Source: a virus (Duplodnaviria; Caudoviricetes). From it: 59,791 nucleotides of DNA. The notes beneath the pieces are model-generated. The model was not told the DNA's origin, made no database searches, and saw only the letters and a list, made by a program, of their open reading frames with translations. Position 1 is the stretch's first letter; every line of letters starts with the position of its first letter. Location: positions 1 through 59,791 of IMG/VR virus record IMGVR_UViG_3300049846_002562; one strand, 5' to 3'. Made by a program: the position numbers and the translations under genes. Below, piece after piece: positions 9,509-19,593 of the stretch.

Positions 9509-11402
9509 AAAGCGCAGTCTGGTTGTCGCCAAGCCCCAACTGGACGCTGGCGTCGAGTGTCGTGCCTGCGGCGAACGCCGCGAACTGGTCGACTTCCGCG
9601 TGTTCCAGCCCGGGCAGCCGCCGGTCTACATGGACTTTTGCTCGTATTGCGAGCAGCAGCACGGCACGCTGGTGTTATATCGCCGATACAACGCCTACGG
9701 CACCGCCGACGTAATCCGCGCCGTATTCGCCGCCAACCGCACTCCGGAAAAGCACCGGACGGCCGAGCAGATCCGTTTGCTGGTCCAGCCCAAAAAGATC
9801 GAGCTCCCTGAGAATCGGGAAGCCATGGTCATGCAGGAAATGGCTCGCCGCGAGCTGGCGCGTCGCCGGCTGATCTATTTTACGACCACCTTCAAGCCCG
9901 GATACATGCCGGGGTGGGTTCACCAAGACATCTGCCGCCGGCTGGAGAAATTCGTGGCCGATGTTGAGCAGGGGCTGTCGCCGCGGTTGATGCTGTTTCT
10001 CCCCCCGCGTACCGGCAAGTCCGAGTTGGCGTCCGATCAATTCCCGTCCTGGGTGCTGGGCAAGCACCCCGACTGGGGCATTATTTCGACCAGCTACGCC
10101 CAGTCCCTGCCGGTCGGTTTCAGCCGGAACATCCGGACGCGCCTGCGCGACCCTGAATACAACGCCATTTTCCCCGATACCAAGCTGGCGCCCGACAGCC
10201 AAGGTATCGAAGCATGGCACACCACCAAGCACGGCGGGTACATCGCGGCCGGTATCGGCACCGGTATCACCGGTAAGGGCGGCAACATTCTGATCTGCGA
10301 CGACCCCGTCAAAGACCAAGAAGCCGCCGACTCCGAGCTGATTCTCGAGAACACATACAACTGGTACCAGTCCACGTTCCGCACCCGTCTCGCCCCGGGC
10401 GGCGGAATCTTGATCATTCAGACCCGCTGGAAGTTTAACGACCTGTCCGGCCGGCTGCTGGAAGACGACGAAGCCTTGAAAAAAGCCGGCGTGCCGGCCG
10501 TCGAGCGCGAAAACTGGGAAGTGGTCGAGTACGCGGCCCTGGCCGAGTCCAACGAATACTTGCTCAAAGACGGCACCATTCTGCAGGGCGAGCCCTACGA
10601 TATGGGCGAAGTCAGCCGGCTGCTGCGGTCAAAAGGTGAAGCCCTGCACCCCGAACGATACAGCACCCAAGACATGCGCCGGCTTCGGAACGTCCTGTCG
10701 GGCTCGATCTGGACGGCGCTTTACCAGCAGAAACCGACCCCCGACGAAGGCGATTTCTTCAAGCGGGACGACTTTGTGTACCGCTGGCTCGATCCGGCGT
10801 ACCGGCCGCTGTGCAACATTTTCCTCTGCGTGGACTACGCCATCGGCAAAAAAGAACGCAACGACTTCACCGTAGCGGGGGTTTTTGCCTTAGACTCTGC
10901 TGACAATCTCTATGTTTTGGAGATCCGCCGCGGCCGCTGGGGTACTATGGACATCGTGAACAACGTGACAGCCCTGATTGAGCGACACAAACCCCAGGTC
11001 TACGCTGGGGAGCGCGGCTCACTCCACATGGCAGTCTGGCCGCTGATCGAAGCTGCCTTGCAGGCCAAGCGCCTGTACATCACCGTCGACGAGTCTTTGG
11101 TTCCGATTCAAGACAAACAAGTCCGTGCCCGCCCCCTACAAGGCCGAATCCAACAGCGAAAATTTATCTTCTCCCATGACGAAAGTACCCGTCCGGAGAT
11201 ATATGATATAACCGAGCGCGAAATGCTGCAGTTTCCAAACGGCCAGCACGACGACATTGTCGACTGTCTGGCCTGGGGCGCACGTCTCGCATTGAACTTG
11301 TCGCTGCCTAACGCGCAAGCCGTTCCGAAGACTCACGCCAGCTGGAAAGATAAGCTCAACGGCATGACTTCCAGCGGCGGGCGCAACTTCATGATAGGGT
11401 AA
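9492..11402 (+). CDS. terL: Terminase large subunit
   Basis: Walker A PPRTGKS, Walker B ILICDD, IQTRW, ALYQQKP and nuclease HDDIVD. Also has an N-terminal CxxC...CxxC extension. Confidence 0.95.
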   Translation: MTKPVKKRSLVVAKPQLDAGVECRACGERRELVDFRVFQPGQPPVYMDFCSYCEQQHGTLVLYRRYNAYGTADVIRAVFAANRTPEKHRTAEQIRLLVQPKKIELPENREAMVMQEMARRELARRRLIYFTTTFKPGYMPGWVHQDICRRLEKFVADVEQGLSPRLMLFLPPRTGKSELASDQFPSWVLGKHPDWGIISTSYAQSLPVGFSRNIRTRLRDPEYNAIFPDTKLAPDSQGIEAWHTTKHGGYIAAGIGTGITGKGGNILICDDPVKDQEAADSELILENTYNWYQSTFRTRLAPGGGILIIQTRWKFNDLSGRLLEDDEALKKAGVPAVERENWEVVEYAALAESNEYLLKDGTILQGEPYDMGEVSRLLRSKGEALHPERYSTQDMRRLRNVLSGSIWTALYQQKPTPDEGDFFKRDDFVYRWLDPAYRPLCNIFLCVDYAIGKKERNDFTVAGVFALDSADNLYVLEIRRGRWGTMDIVNNVTALIERHKPQVYAGERGSLHMAVWPLIEAALQAKRLYITVDESLVPIQDKQVRARPLQGRIQQRKFIFSHDESTRPEIYDITEREMLQFPNGQHDDIVDCLAWGARLALNLSLPNAQAVPKTHASWKDKLNGMTSSGGRNFMIG

Positions 11403-11404
11403 CA

Positions 11405-13519
11405 ATGGCTACCGAATTCGACACCGTACAATCTCAGTACCAGAATTACCGTTTCTGCTATGACAACGGACATTCTGATTGGCTGCGCACCGCCAAGACC
11501 TGCTTCGATTTCTACTCCAACAAGCAGTGGGATCCGAAGGACAAGGCCAAGTTGGAACGCGAAGGCCGTCCGGCGCTGACCTTGAACGTGATCGAATCGC
11601 TGGTTCGCTCGATGCAGGGTATTCACCGTTCGCTGCGCAATGACGTGCGCTTTGTGCCCGTGGCTGACGCCAGTATGGCTGACGCAACCCTGCGCAATCA
11701 GACATGGCTGCACATCCAGCAGCAGAACGACTTTGACTACCTTGAGTCGCACGTATTTAAGAAAGGCCTGATAATGGGGCGCGCGTATTACGACACGCGC
11801 ATGAAATTCGACGAGAACCTGCAGGGCGAAGTCTGCATTACCAGCCCACGCAGCCAAGACGTCATTCTGCACCCATCGGTCGACGAATACTCGCCCAAAA
11901 CCTGGCCGGAAGTTTTTATTCGCCGCTGGGTCAGCGCCAATGACATTGAAGCGCAGTTTGGCAAAGACAAAGCCAAATACATCATGAACTCACCGATCCC
12001 GGACTTCTACGACTATGAAGACACCTTCATGGCGCAGCAGATGGGGAACCTGCCGTATTATCAGCACCACCATATCGACACCACGCTTATGCCGCACAAT
12101 CGCGGCCACCTGCTGCTTGACCGGCAGTACATCAAGGTCAAGCGCAAAGAGCACTTTATTGACCTGAAGACCGGCGATACGTCCGAGATCCCTGAAAACT
12201 GGGACCGCAACCGCATCGCCGCGTTCCTTGAGAAAGTCCCGGGCATCAGCACCATCAAACGCGACGTCAAAACGATCTGCTGGGCAGTCACGGCCGGCGG
12301 TATCGTGTTGCACGAAGAAGACAGCCCGTACAAGAATTTCACCATTGTGCCGTTCTTCCCGTCGTTTATTGACGGCATCACCATGGGCGCAGTCGAGTCG
12401 CTGATCGATCCGCAGCGCATGTACAACAAAGTGACCAGCCAGGAACTGCACATCATCAACACCACCGCCAACAGCGGTTGGAAAGTCCGGCGCGGTTCGC
12501 TGAAAAACATGACCATTCAAGAGCTGGAACAGGTCGGTGCCAAGTCGGGCTTTGTCGCCGAGCTGGACGATATTGCTCAAATGGAGAAAATCACCCCGAA
12601 CAGCACCCCGCAGGGGCACGACCGTCTGTCGTTCAAGGCCGACGCCATCATGCGCAACCTGTCTGGTATCTCCAATCAAGGCCGTGGTTTTGCCCGGGAA
12701 GACGTGGCCGGCGAAGCCATCATGGCCAACCAAGCCGCCCAAGACATCAACTTTGCCGACTGGCTGAGCAACCTGCACTACTCAAAAGTGCTGGTCGCCC
12801 GCAACTGCATGGACCTGGCGCAGACCTATTACACTGAAACCCGCGAAATCATGATCAACCGCGGAACGGCGCTGGCTCCGGAAATGGAGTCCGTAGTGCT
12901 GAACCAGCCGGCCCCGCAAGAAGAAGGCATGCCCATGGGCGCGCCTGATCAGCCTGCTCCGCCCCCGACACTGCTCAACGACATGACGCGCGGTAAATAC
13001 AGCTGTGTTCTGGTGCCCTCGCCAATGCGCACCTCGATGGCCGAAGGCGACTTCAAGTTGCTGCTGGAACTGCGTCAACTGGGTATTGGCATCGACGACA
13101 AGCTGCTTATCGAGCTGTCGCCGGCGATCAACAAGACTCAGATTATGGACAAACTGGTCGGCGACTCCAACCAGCAGCAAGCCGAAGCTGCGGCGCAGCA
13201 GGCACGTATTGCTCAGCTGGAAGAAGCGCTCATGCAAGCTCAGGCCGAAAAAGAAGCGGCTGCCGCCAAACTCAACAGCGCCCGCGCCGACAAGTTTGCC
13301 GTGGAAGCCGTTTCCGACCCAGACGCCAGTTACGAGCGTATTGAGCAACAGCGCATTGAGCGTGAAGACGCCCGCGACACTCAGCGCATTGAGCTTCAGC
13401 GCCAGAAACAAATCCAAGATTACGACGTGGCCAAAGAAGCCAACGCCATCAAACGGGAGCAGGCGAAGCGCAGCGCCAGCTCACCCCCTAAAAAATCTGC
13501 GCCCCAAAAACGTAAGTAA
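11405..13519 (+). CDS. Portal protein (P22/N4-like)
   Basis: 704 aa after TerL. FYSNKQW, GRPALTLN, F.IVPF and LIDPQRMYNK motifs, and a Gln/Ala coiled-coil C-terminal barrel. Confidence 0.9.
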   Translation: MATEFDTVQSQYQNYRFCYDNGHSDWLRTAKTCFDFYSNKQWDPKDKAKLEREGRPALTLNVIESLVRSMQGIHRSLRNDVRFVPVADASMADATLRNQTWLHIQQQNDFDYLESHVFKKGLIMGRAYYDTRMKFDENLQGEVCITSPRSQDVILHPSVDEYSPKTWPEVFIRRWVSANDIEAQFGKDKAKYIMNSPIPDFYDYEDTFMAQQMGNLPYYQHHHIDTTLMPHNRGHLLLDRQYIKVKRKEHFIDLKTGDTSEIPENWDRNRIAAFLEKVPGISTIKRDVKTICWAVTAGGIVLHEEDSPYKNFTIVPFFPSFIDGITMGAVESLIDPQRMYNKVTSQELHIINTTANSGWKVRRGSLKNMTIQELEQVGAKSGFVAELDDIAQMEKITPNSTPQGHDRLSFKADAIMRNLSGISNQGRGFAREDVAGEAIMANQAAQDINFADWLSNLHYSKVLVARNCMDLAQTYYTETREIMINRGTALAPEMESVVLNQPAPQEEGMPMGAPDQPAPPPTLLNDMTRGKYSCVLVPSPMRTSMAEGDFKLLLELRQLGIGIDDKLLIELSPAINKTQIMDKLVGDSNQQQAEAAAQQARIAQLEEALMQAQAEKEAAAAKLNSARADKFAVEAVSDPDASYERIEQQRIEREDARDTQRIELQRQKQIQDYDVAKEANAIKREQAKRSASSPPKKSAPQKRK

Positions 13520-13528
13520 GGAGTTTCT

Positions 13529-14488
13529 ATGAACATCGAAAACCAACCGCTTGGCGGTGACGAAGACGATCTCAGCACCGCTGATTTCGGGAATGACCTG
13601 AATCCACCGGCAGCTGAACCGCCGGCTGACCCGCCGCCGGCCGATCCGGCGGGCGACCCCGCTTCTGCGGATGGTGGCCCGCCGGCGGGCGGCGACCACG
13701 AAGGTGAAGACCCCGAAGCCAGCTCGGTGCCCTACGGCCGGTTCAAAGAAGTCAACGACGCCAAAAAGACGCTGGCCAGCCAGCTGGCTGAGCGCGAAGC
13801 TGAAATTGCCGCCTTGAAAGCGGCGCAAGCTCCGCCACAGCCGGCCGCGCCGGCAGAGCCGCCGGCTGATCCGATCGCTCAGTTGGGAAGCCAGCTGGAC
13901 GAGCTGTATGACCAAGTCGAAAGCTTGCGTTTGGAAGGCGAAACCAAAGAAGCCGCTAAAGTACAACGCCAGATTGACGGTATCAACCAAGAAATTCTTT
14001 TGGAAAAATCCCGCCGGATTGCCGCCCAGACCAATTCTGTAACCAAAGTGGCTGAGCAGTACAATAAATATCTGGACGCTCTGGAAAGCGCGTTCCCTGA
14101 ACTGGTCAAAGGCACCGACGCGTTCGACCCTGCAAAAGTCGAAGACATCAATGTCACGGCAGGTGCCTATGAAAAAGCAGGCATGCACCCCCTGAACGCC
14201 ATCAAAAAAGCGACCAAGTTGGTGTTGGGCCAGACGTTGGAAGACCGTCTGGCTGCGGCCGCAAAAGCTGCCGCCCCGCCAGATAAACCAGCCGCCCCGG
14301 CTGCCCCGGCGACCAAACCGCGCGATCTGAACAAGGCGGTCGATGCCGCCAACCGTCAGCCGCCGGATATGACCACCGCCGGCGTCAATCGGGACGACAC
14401 CAAAATCGACGTTTCCCGTCTGTCGGACGAAGAATTCGACAAACTCCCCCTGTCCAAACAGCGGGAGCTCCGCGGAGACTTCGCTTAA
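13529..14488 (+). CDS. Capsid scaffolding protein
   Basis: Lies between portal and capsid genes. Acidic Pro-rich N-terminus, VPYGRFKEVN motif and C-terminal LSDEEFDKL. Confidence 0.8.
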   Translation: MNIENQPLGGDEDDLSTADFGNDLNPPAAEPPADPPPADPAGDPASADGGPPAGGDHEGEDPEASSVPYGRFKEVNDAKKTLASQLAEREAEIAALKAAQAPPQPAAPAEPPADPIAQLGSQLDELYDQVESLRLEGETKEAAKVQRQIDGINQEILLEKSRRIAAQTNSVTKVAEQYNKYLDALESAFPELVKGTDAFDPAKVEDINVTAGAYEKAGMHPLNAIKKATKLVLGQTLEDRLAAAAKAAAPPDKPAAPAAPATKPRDLNKAVDAANRQPPDMTTAGVNRDDTKIDVSRLSDEEFDKLPLSKQRELRGDFA

Positions 14489-14498
14489 AAAAATATGG

Positions 14499-14535
14499 GA
14501 AAGCCCTTGCAAACGCAGGGGCTTTCTTTTATCGT
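14499..14535 (+). promoter_or_regulatory. Terminator-like hairpin overlapping a sigma70-like promoter upstream of the capsid gene
   Basis: GAAAGCCC...GGGCTTTC followed by a T run. TTGCAA (14507-14512), a 17-nt spacer, then TATCGT (14530-14535). Confidence 0.5.
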
Positions 14536-14688
14536 TATCTCAGCCCGACCAGTGGCGTCAAACTGGCCCGTCTCGTAGCGCGGATCAAAGCATACGTATC
14601 ATCGCCGGTGCTGCCCTGGGCGATAACAGAGGCGGAACAGTAATATCGTTCTTTTCACTTCCCCTTTTACTTTTCAGGAGCACATAGT

Positions 14689-15810
14689 ATGGCAACCACC
14701 AACTTCGCTGCCCTTACTGACGAGCAATATACCGTATGGTCTCGCTCGTTCTGGAAGGAAGCTCGCAACAAAACCTTCATCATGTCGTTCGCCGGTTCCG
14801 ACAGCAACGCCATGGTCCAGCGCATTACCGAACTCCGCAACACCACCGACGGTGCCCGCGCAGTGATCACCCTCGTCAATGACAGCACCGGTGACGGCGT
14901 GGTTGGCGACAACACGCTGGAAGGCAATGAAGAAGCGCTGAAATCGACCGATATGGTCATTCAGCTGGATCAGTGGCGTCACGCCCACAAGTCTGCCGGC
15001 CGTATGTCCGAGCAGAAATCCATCGTCATGTTCCGCGAAGAAGCCCGCGACAAACTGTCGTACGCCGCTTCCCGCGTGATGGACGAGCTGGCTTTCCTGA
15101 CCCTGTCCGGCGTCAGCTACGCGTTCAAGCCCGATGGCTCCGCCCGCGTCGGTTCGCAGCTCCCGCAACTGGCTTTTGCCGGTGACGTCGCTGCCCCGTC
15201 GGCCAAGCGCCACATCCGCTGGGACGCCAGCACCGGCATCGAAGTCGGTGACACCAGCCAAGTCGCTGTTGCCGACACCCCGTCGTGGGAAATGCTGGTT
15301 GAATTGAAGGCCCACGCGGTCGACAAATTCATCCGTCCCATGCGCAGCGCTGACGGCGTCGAGTGGTACAACGTCTTCATGTGCCCGCAAGGCATCGCCA
15401 AGCTGAAGCAAGATCCGAACTTCCTGGCCGCATGGCAGCATGCCCAGAAGCGCGGTGATGACAACCCGTTGTTCTCCGGTACCGCCCACGGCGGCAAGAA
15501 AGGCATCTACATCGATGGCCTGAACATCCTGGAATACCGCAACGTGTACAACACCAAAGGTGCCGCCAGCGGTGCCAAGTGGGGTGCCGGCAGCGCCATC
15601 GACGGTCAGCGTGTGCTGGTCTGCGGTGCTCAAGCTCTGGCCTTCGCCGACATCGGTACTTCGGACTGGAACGAAGAAGAATACGACTACGGTAACCAAC
15701 TGGGTATCGCCGTCGGCAAGATCTTCGGTCTGCTCAAGCCGAAGCTTTTCTCCACCCACGCACAGTCCAAGGAAGATTTCGGTGTCCTGGTCTGCGACAC
15801 TGCCATCTAA
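14689..15810 (+). CDS. Major capsid protein (N4-gp56-like family)
   Basis: Follows the scaffold gene, strong codon bias and AGGAG RBS. Motifs GDGVVGDNTLEGNEE, DQWRHA, NPLFSG and EEEYDYGN. Confidence 0.9.
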   Translation: MATTNFAALTDEQYTVWSRSFWKEARNKTFIMSFAGSDSNAMVQRITELRNTTDGARAVITLVNDSTGDGVVGDNTLEGNEEALKSTDMVIQLDQWRHAHKSAGRMSEQKSIVMFREEARDKLSYAASRVMDELAFLTLSGVSYAFKPDGSARVGSQLPQLAFAGDVAAPSAKRHIRWDASTGIEVGDTSQVAVADTPSWEMLVELKAHAVDKFIRPMRSADGVEWYNVFMCPQGIAKLKQDPNFLAAWQHAQKRGDDNPLFSGTAHGGKKGIYIDGLNILEYRNVYNTKGAASGAKWGAGSAIDGQRVLVCGAQALAFADIGTSDWNEEEYDYGNQLGIAVGKIFGLLKPKLFSTHAQSKEDFGVLVCDTAI

Positions 15811-15822
15811 GGAGACATCACC

Positions 15823-16209
15823 ATGGCACAGACTCAAATCGTCGAACGTCAATACGCTCTGTTCGCAGTAGCCGACGTCGGAATTGACAACATGGGCGCC
15901 GGTAACGAAGCGGTTATTCCGCTTCCGCCGAACGCAATGCTGATCAATCTGACTGTCGATACCGTCACTGCGTTCAACAGCGCTACCACTGCAACCATCA
16001 ACGTCGGCGACGGTACCACTACCTTCGTCAGCGTTGAAGACGCCAAAACCGCCGGCCGTGAAACTGCTGACGCTGTCAGCAAATTCTATCCGTCGGGCGG
16101 TGATCTCACCGTGGCTCTCGCTCAAACCGGTGCTGCCGCTACTGCCGGCCGCGCCATCGTTGTCGCTACCTACATCATCGTCGGTCGCCAGAACGAAATG
16201 CAATACTGA
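15823..16209 (+). CDS. Capsid decoration/cement protein
   Basis: Small beta-rich protein directly after the capsid gene, with strong RBS and codon bias. Confidence 0.65.
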   Translation: MAQTQIVERQYALFAVADVGIDNMGAGNEAVIPLPPNAMLINLTVDTVTAFNSATTATINVGDGTTTFVSVEDAKTAGRETADAVSKFYPSGGDLTVALAQTGAAATAGRAIVVATYIIVGRQNEMQY

Positions 16210-16243
16210 GTTTTGGGGCGCAGCGTTTTCTAGCTGCTTCGTT

Positions 16244-16279
16244 GCGCCCCCCGGACTACCCCCGGGGGGCGCTTTTTTA
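16244..16279 (+). terminator. Rho-independent terminator
   Basis: 11-bp stem GCGCCCCCCGG/CCGGGGGGCGC followed by a T run. Confidence 0.9.
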
Positions 16280-16326
16280 TAATTAAGGGTAGACAACAAC
16301 CCCCCAACAAAAATTAGGAGCTTCAC

Positions 16327-16893
16327 ATGCCCAAGATGATTTCCCTTCGTGATTTCCGGCTGGCCACCATGTCCGGCCATGTTTTGATTTTTGAGTCGCG
16401 TGTTGCGCGCGACGTGCCGGCCGCTGCAGTTGAAGACGCTCTGGCCGCCGGTTGCGCCATGATCAATGCCAACGAAACTCCCGACTTTGATACCATGGAA
16501 CTGAAAACCCGTTTCGATCTGGAAGCCGACCTGCGCCAGTCCGTCATTTTCTTGGTTTGCAAAATGCTGGCTGAACAGAACAAAGTGCAGCACTTCGACG
16601 GCGGCGGCGCCCCCCGCGAAGGTGTCGTTTCCGACATACTGGGCTTTGAAGTCGGCAAAAAAGAACTGGTTACCGTCTGGCAGATCTATCTGGCCGCCAA
16701 GTCCGAAGGCCGCGAACACGGTCTGCATGCCGACGCGGTGTCGGTGCTTGAAATCATCCAAGCCGAGACCAAGAACGACCTGCTGGACATCGCCAAAGCC
16801 CGGGGCATCCCGGACGAAGAAGTCGACGGCAAACAGGCCAAAACCATCCGTGCGTACCTGTTGAAGCAATTCCCTGGTGCCATCCTCGCGTAA
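16327..16893 (+). CDS. Hypothetical protein with small C-terminal helical domain
   Basis: AGGAG RBS. C-terminal TKNDLLDIAKARGI resembles Rho-N/HeH motifs. Confidence 0.55.
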   Translation: MPKMISLRDFRLATMSGHVLIFESRVARDVPAAAVEDALAAGCAMINANETPDFDTMELKTRFDLEADLRQSVIFLVCKMLAEQNKVQHFDGGGAPREGVVSDILGFEVGKKELVTVWQIYLAAKSEGREHGLHADAVSVLEIIQAETKNDLLDIAKARGIPDEEVDGKQAKTIRAYLLKQFPGAILA

Positions 16894-16902
16894 AGGTGAC
16901 CT

Positions 16903-17577
16903 ATGCTTGCCCTCGACACTACTGAGCTCGCCCGCGTATTCCGGTCTGAAGTCGATGACCCGCTGAAAGCGGACTGCGGTGATGAAGACTGTCTGTGGAA
17001 AGACTCAGACGTCTATTACTACATGACCGAAGCGTTTGACGCGGTCATGCGGGGTGTCGGGGGCGTAGCAGGGCAGGTTTCCGTGCCGTACGCCATTGGG
17101 CAGTCGACTATTACGCTGCCCAAAAAGGTCTTTGAGATCTCGTCGGCATGGCTGGCGTCAGGCAAAGCCCTGCGCATTACCAACCTGTCCGACGCCGGCT
17201 ACAACCGCCAGTTTCCTGAGCGCGAGCTCGATCTGGGCAAAGTCGACATTCCCGACTCGTTCATGACCGAAAACGGCTACAACCGCGGCGTGCTGTATCC
17301 CGCGCCGTCTGAAGCCGGCACGCTCAACATCATGGGGCGGTTCACGTTAGCGTTCCCGCTGGAAGCCGGCATGCCGGTGCCGCTTCGGGACATTCCCGAC
17401 CAGCGGCTGGTTCTGACCTACATGAAATACCTGGCCTACGCCAAGCACGACGCCGAGACCTATGACCTTGGCCGATCGAGCCGGTACCAGTCGGAATTTG
17501 ACGTAAAAATTATGGACCGTGAAGTCGAGCTGCGGCGCAACCGCCGTCGCCCGGGCACGGTGCGGATGGATTACTGA
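16903..17577 (+). CDS. Head-tail adaptor protein
   Basis: Position after the head genes, N-terminal FRSEVDD...LW, LYPAP and YLAYAKHDAET motifs. Confidence 0.65.
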   Translation: MLALDTTELARVFRSEVDDPLKADCGDEDCLWKDSDVYYYMTEAFDAVMRGVGGVAGQVSVPYAIGQSTITLPKKVFEISSAWLASGKALRITNLSDAGYNRQFPERELDLGKVDIPDSFMTENGYNRGVLYPAPSEAGTLNIMGRFTLAFPLEAGMPVPLRDIPDQRLVLTYMKYLAYAKHDAETYDLGRSSRYQSEFDVKIMDREVELRRNRRRPGTVRMDY

Positions 17578-18887
17578 TGGCGGGCGTCGATGACAAAGAA
17601 CTACTCCGTTTCGCAGGCTTCCCGAAAGGGATTGACAACGTTAGCCCGGAACAGTCTGTGCCTAGCGGTGCTCTCCGCGCTGCGGTCAATGTTGTCCTCG
17701 ACGACGCCGGCAAACCCGCCCGCCGACCAGGGTTCGTGAAAGTGGTCGACGTTGACGGCATCCATTCGCTGTATTCCGATCCCCGCGTCGCTTTTATGCT
17801 GGCCGTGACCGACGCCGGCCTGTGCACGATCGATGACACCCTGACTTTCACCCCGATTGCCCCCGTGTCGCGGCTGACCGCCCCGATGCACTATGAAACG
17901 GGGGAATTCCACATTCTCTGCGGCAACGGTCTCGAGAATTTCCGTATTGGTCTGGACGGCGAACTGACCCCGCTGTCGCCGCCCCAGCCGGCCGGCCAAC
18001 CGACGGTAACGGCAAATCCCACCGCCGGCGGCCTGACGGCCGGCACGTACCAAGTCGCCATCACGTTCATCATGGCTGACGGCCGCGAGTCCGGCAGCAC
18101 GCTGGCGGCCGTGGTCGATGTCCCTGAGAACGGGGGTATCGCCCTGTCGAACTTCCCGTTCGACGCCAACGCCGCTGCCACCGCGATCTACATGACGCAC
18201 CCGAACGGCGACACCCTGTACCAGTACGAAGTGTCCCCGAACCCGATGCCAGTCAGCCGCCTGCTGTCTCGGCGCGAGCTCGGCCGGCAGCTGGACACCC
18301 AGTTTCTTGTCCCGCTGCCCGGGCTGCAGAACCTGGCGCTGGCCAACGGCCGGCTGCACGGCTCCTACGGGCGCCTGCACATCTGGTCGGAAGCTCTGAA
18401 CTACGGCTTGACCAATCAAGCTACCAACTACGCGATGTACAACGACGACATCACGCTGATTGCCCGTATGGGCGACGCGTCCCAGTCCGGCATGTACCTC
18501 GCTGCCGGCAAGCGCACTTATTACATGGATGGCCCTACCCCTGCGCAGTGGCAGCGCGTGGTCGCGCACCCTCATGGGGCAATTCCTGGCTCTCGGATCT
18601 ACGTCGAAGCGTCTGAGCTTGGGCTCGATGTCATCGGCGTCGTGCCGGTCTGGATGGACACCCGTGGCGAAATGGTCGCCGGTCTCCCGGGCGGCCGCAT
18701 CGCCCGTTTGCACAAAGACACCTACCTTGGGCCGGAAAATGCTGACAGCGCGGCAGCGCAGCTAGTCAGCATGAACGGTTCGATGCAACTGCTGATGGTG
18801 GCGCAAGGTGGCTCTATGGCAAACACTGCCGCTTTTGGCGACAGCGTAGACGCGGAGATCTGCCGTAATGGCGTCGTCGTTGGCTGA
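17577..18887 (+). CDS. Tail tubular/nozzle-like protein
   Basis: N-terminal GIDN...AVNV.LD..G...RRPG is typical of podoviral nozzle proteins, and it follows the adaptor gene. Confidence 0.6.
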   Translation: MAGVDDKELLRFAGFPKGIDNVSPEQSVPSGALRAAVNVVLDDAGKPARRPGFVKVVDVDGIHSLYSDPRVAFMLAVTDAGLCTIDDTLTFTPIAPVSRLTAPMHYETGEFHILCGNGLENFRIGLDGELTPLSPPQPAGQPTVTANPTAGGLTAGTYQVAITFIMADGRESGSTLAAVVDVPENGGIALSNFPFDANAAATAIYMTHPNGDTLYQYEVSPNPMPVSRLLSRRELGRQLDTQFLVPLPGLQNLALANGRLHGSYGRLHIWSEALNYGLTNQATNYAMYNDDITLIARMGDASQSGMYLAAGKRTYYMDGPTPAQWQRVVAHPHGAIPGSRIYVEASELGLDVIGVVPVWMDTRGEMVAGLPGGRIARLHKDTYLGPENADSAAAQLVSMNGSMQLLMVAQGGSMANTAAFGDSVDAEICRNGVVVG

Positions 18888-19050
18888 AAAAAAGGCTGGA
18901 TACGCGCAAAAGCGCTGGGAAATATGCAATACTTGCCCTGAGCTGCAGCGATCGGTAAAACCTCTGGAACGCTGTCGGCTTTGCGGGTGCTTTATGCGGG
19001 CGAAGGTTCAAATTCCCGGCGCGAAGTGCCCGAAAGGGCGATGGACTTAA
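18868..19050 (+). CDS. Small Cys-rich protein (DUF6171-like)
   Basis: R..IC..CP...C..CGCF..AK......CP..RW pattern. Confidence 0.65.
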   Translation: MASSLAEKKAGYAQKRWEICNTCPELQRSVKPLERCRLCGCFMRAKVQIPGAKCPKGRWT

Positions 19051-19072
19051 CCACTTTTACGAGGCACATTTT

Positions 19073-19588
19073 ATGACCGATAACCAAATCACCAGCAACA
19101 ACCCCAGCTTGGCCAACGGCCACTTTGAAGTGTCCGTCGACGGCGGCAAGACCTGGGAAATCGAACCCAACCTGATTGTCACCGAAGGCTTGAACTACAT
19201 GCTCAACGCCGCTTTCGACGGCGGCACTCCGATCGTCACTTTCTACGTCGCCCTGTTCGGCGGCAACGTGACGCCGGCTCTGGGCTGGACCGGCGCCAAC
19301 TGGGTGGCCAACGCCACCGAATTCACCAACTACGACGAAGCCACTCGCCAAACTTGGTCGAACGATGCCGTATCCGGCGCTGCCATCGGCAACTCTACCA
19401 ATCCGGCCGTGTTCACCATTGCCACCGGCGGCGGCACCGTCCGCGGTGCGGCTCTGGTCGAGAACGCCACCAAGTCGTCCACTGCCGGCAAACTGATCGC
19501 CGCGGCTCGTTTTGCTACTGACAAAGTCATGTCGGCCGCTGAAGAACTGCGCGTTCGCTACGTTCTGTCTGCACAAAACGCCCCGTAA
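19073..19588 (+). CDS. Virion structural/tail protein
   Basis: GAGG RBS, NLIVTEGLNYML motif, strong codon bias. Confidence 0.65.
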   Translation: MTDNQITSNNPSLANGHFEVSVDGGKTWEIEPNLIVTEGLNYMLNAAFDGGTPIVTFYVALFGGNVTPALGWTGANWVANATEFTNYDEATRQTWSNDAVSGAAIGNSTNPAVFTIATGGGTVRGAALVENATKSSTAGKLIAAARFATDKVMSAAEELRVRYVLSAQNAP

Positions 19589-19593
19589 TGTAA

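Noticed and set aside
14674-16869. Long antisense ORFs (731 aa here; also 23208..25088, 1211..2683, 17601..18713)
   Set aside because: These are shadows of strongly codon-biased + strand genes, with no recognisable motifs.
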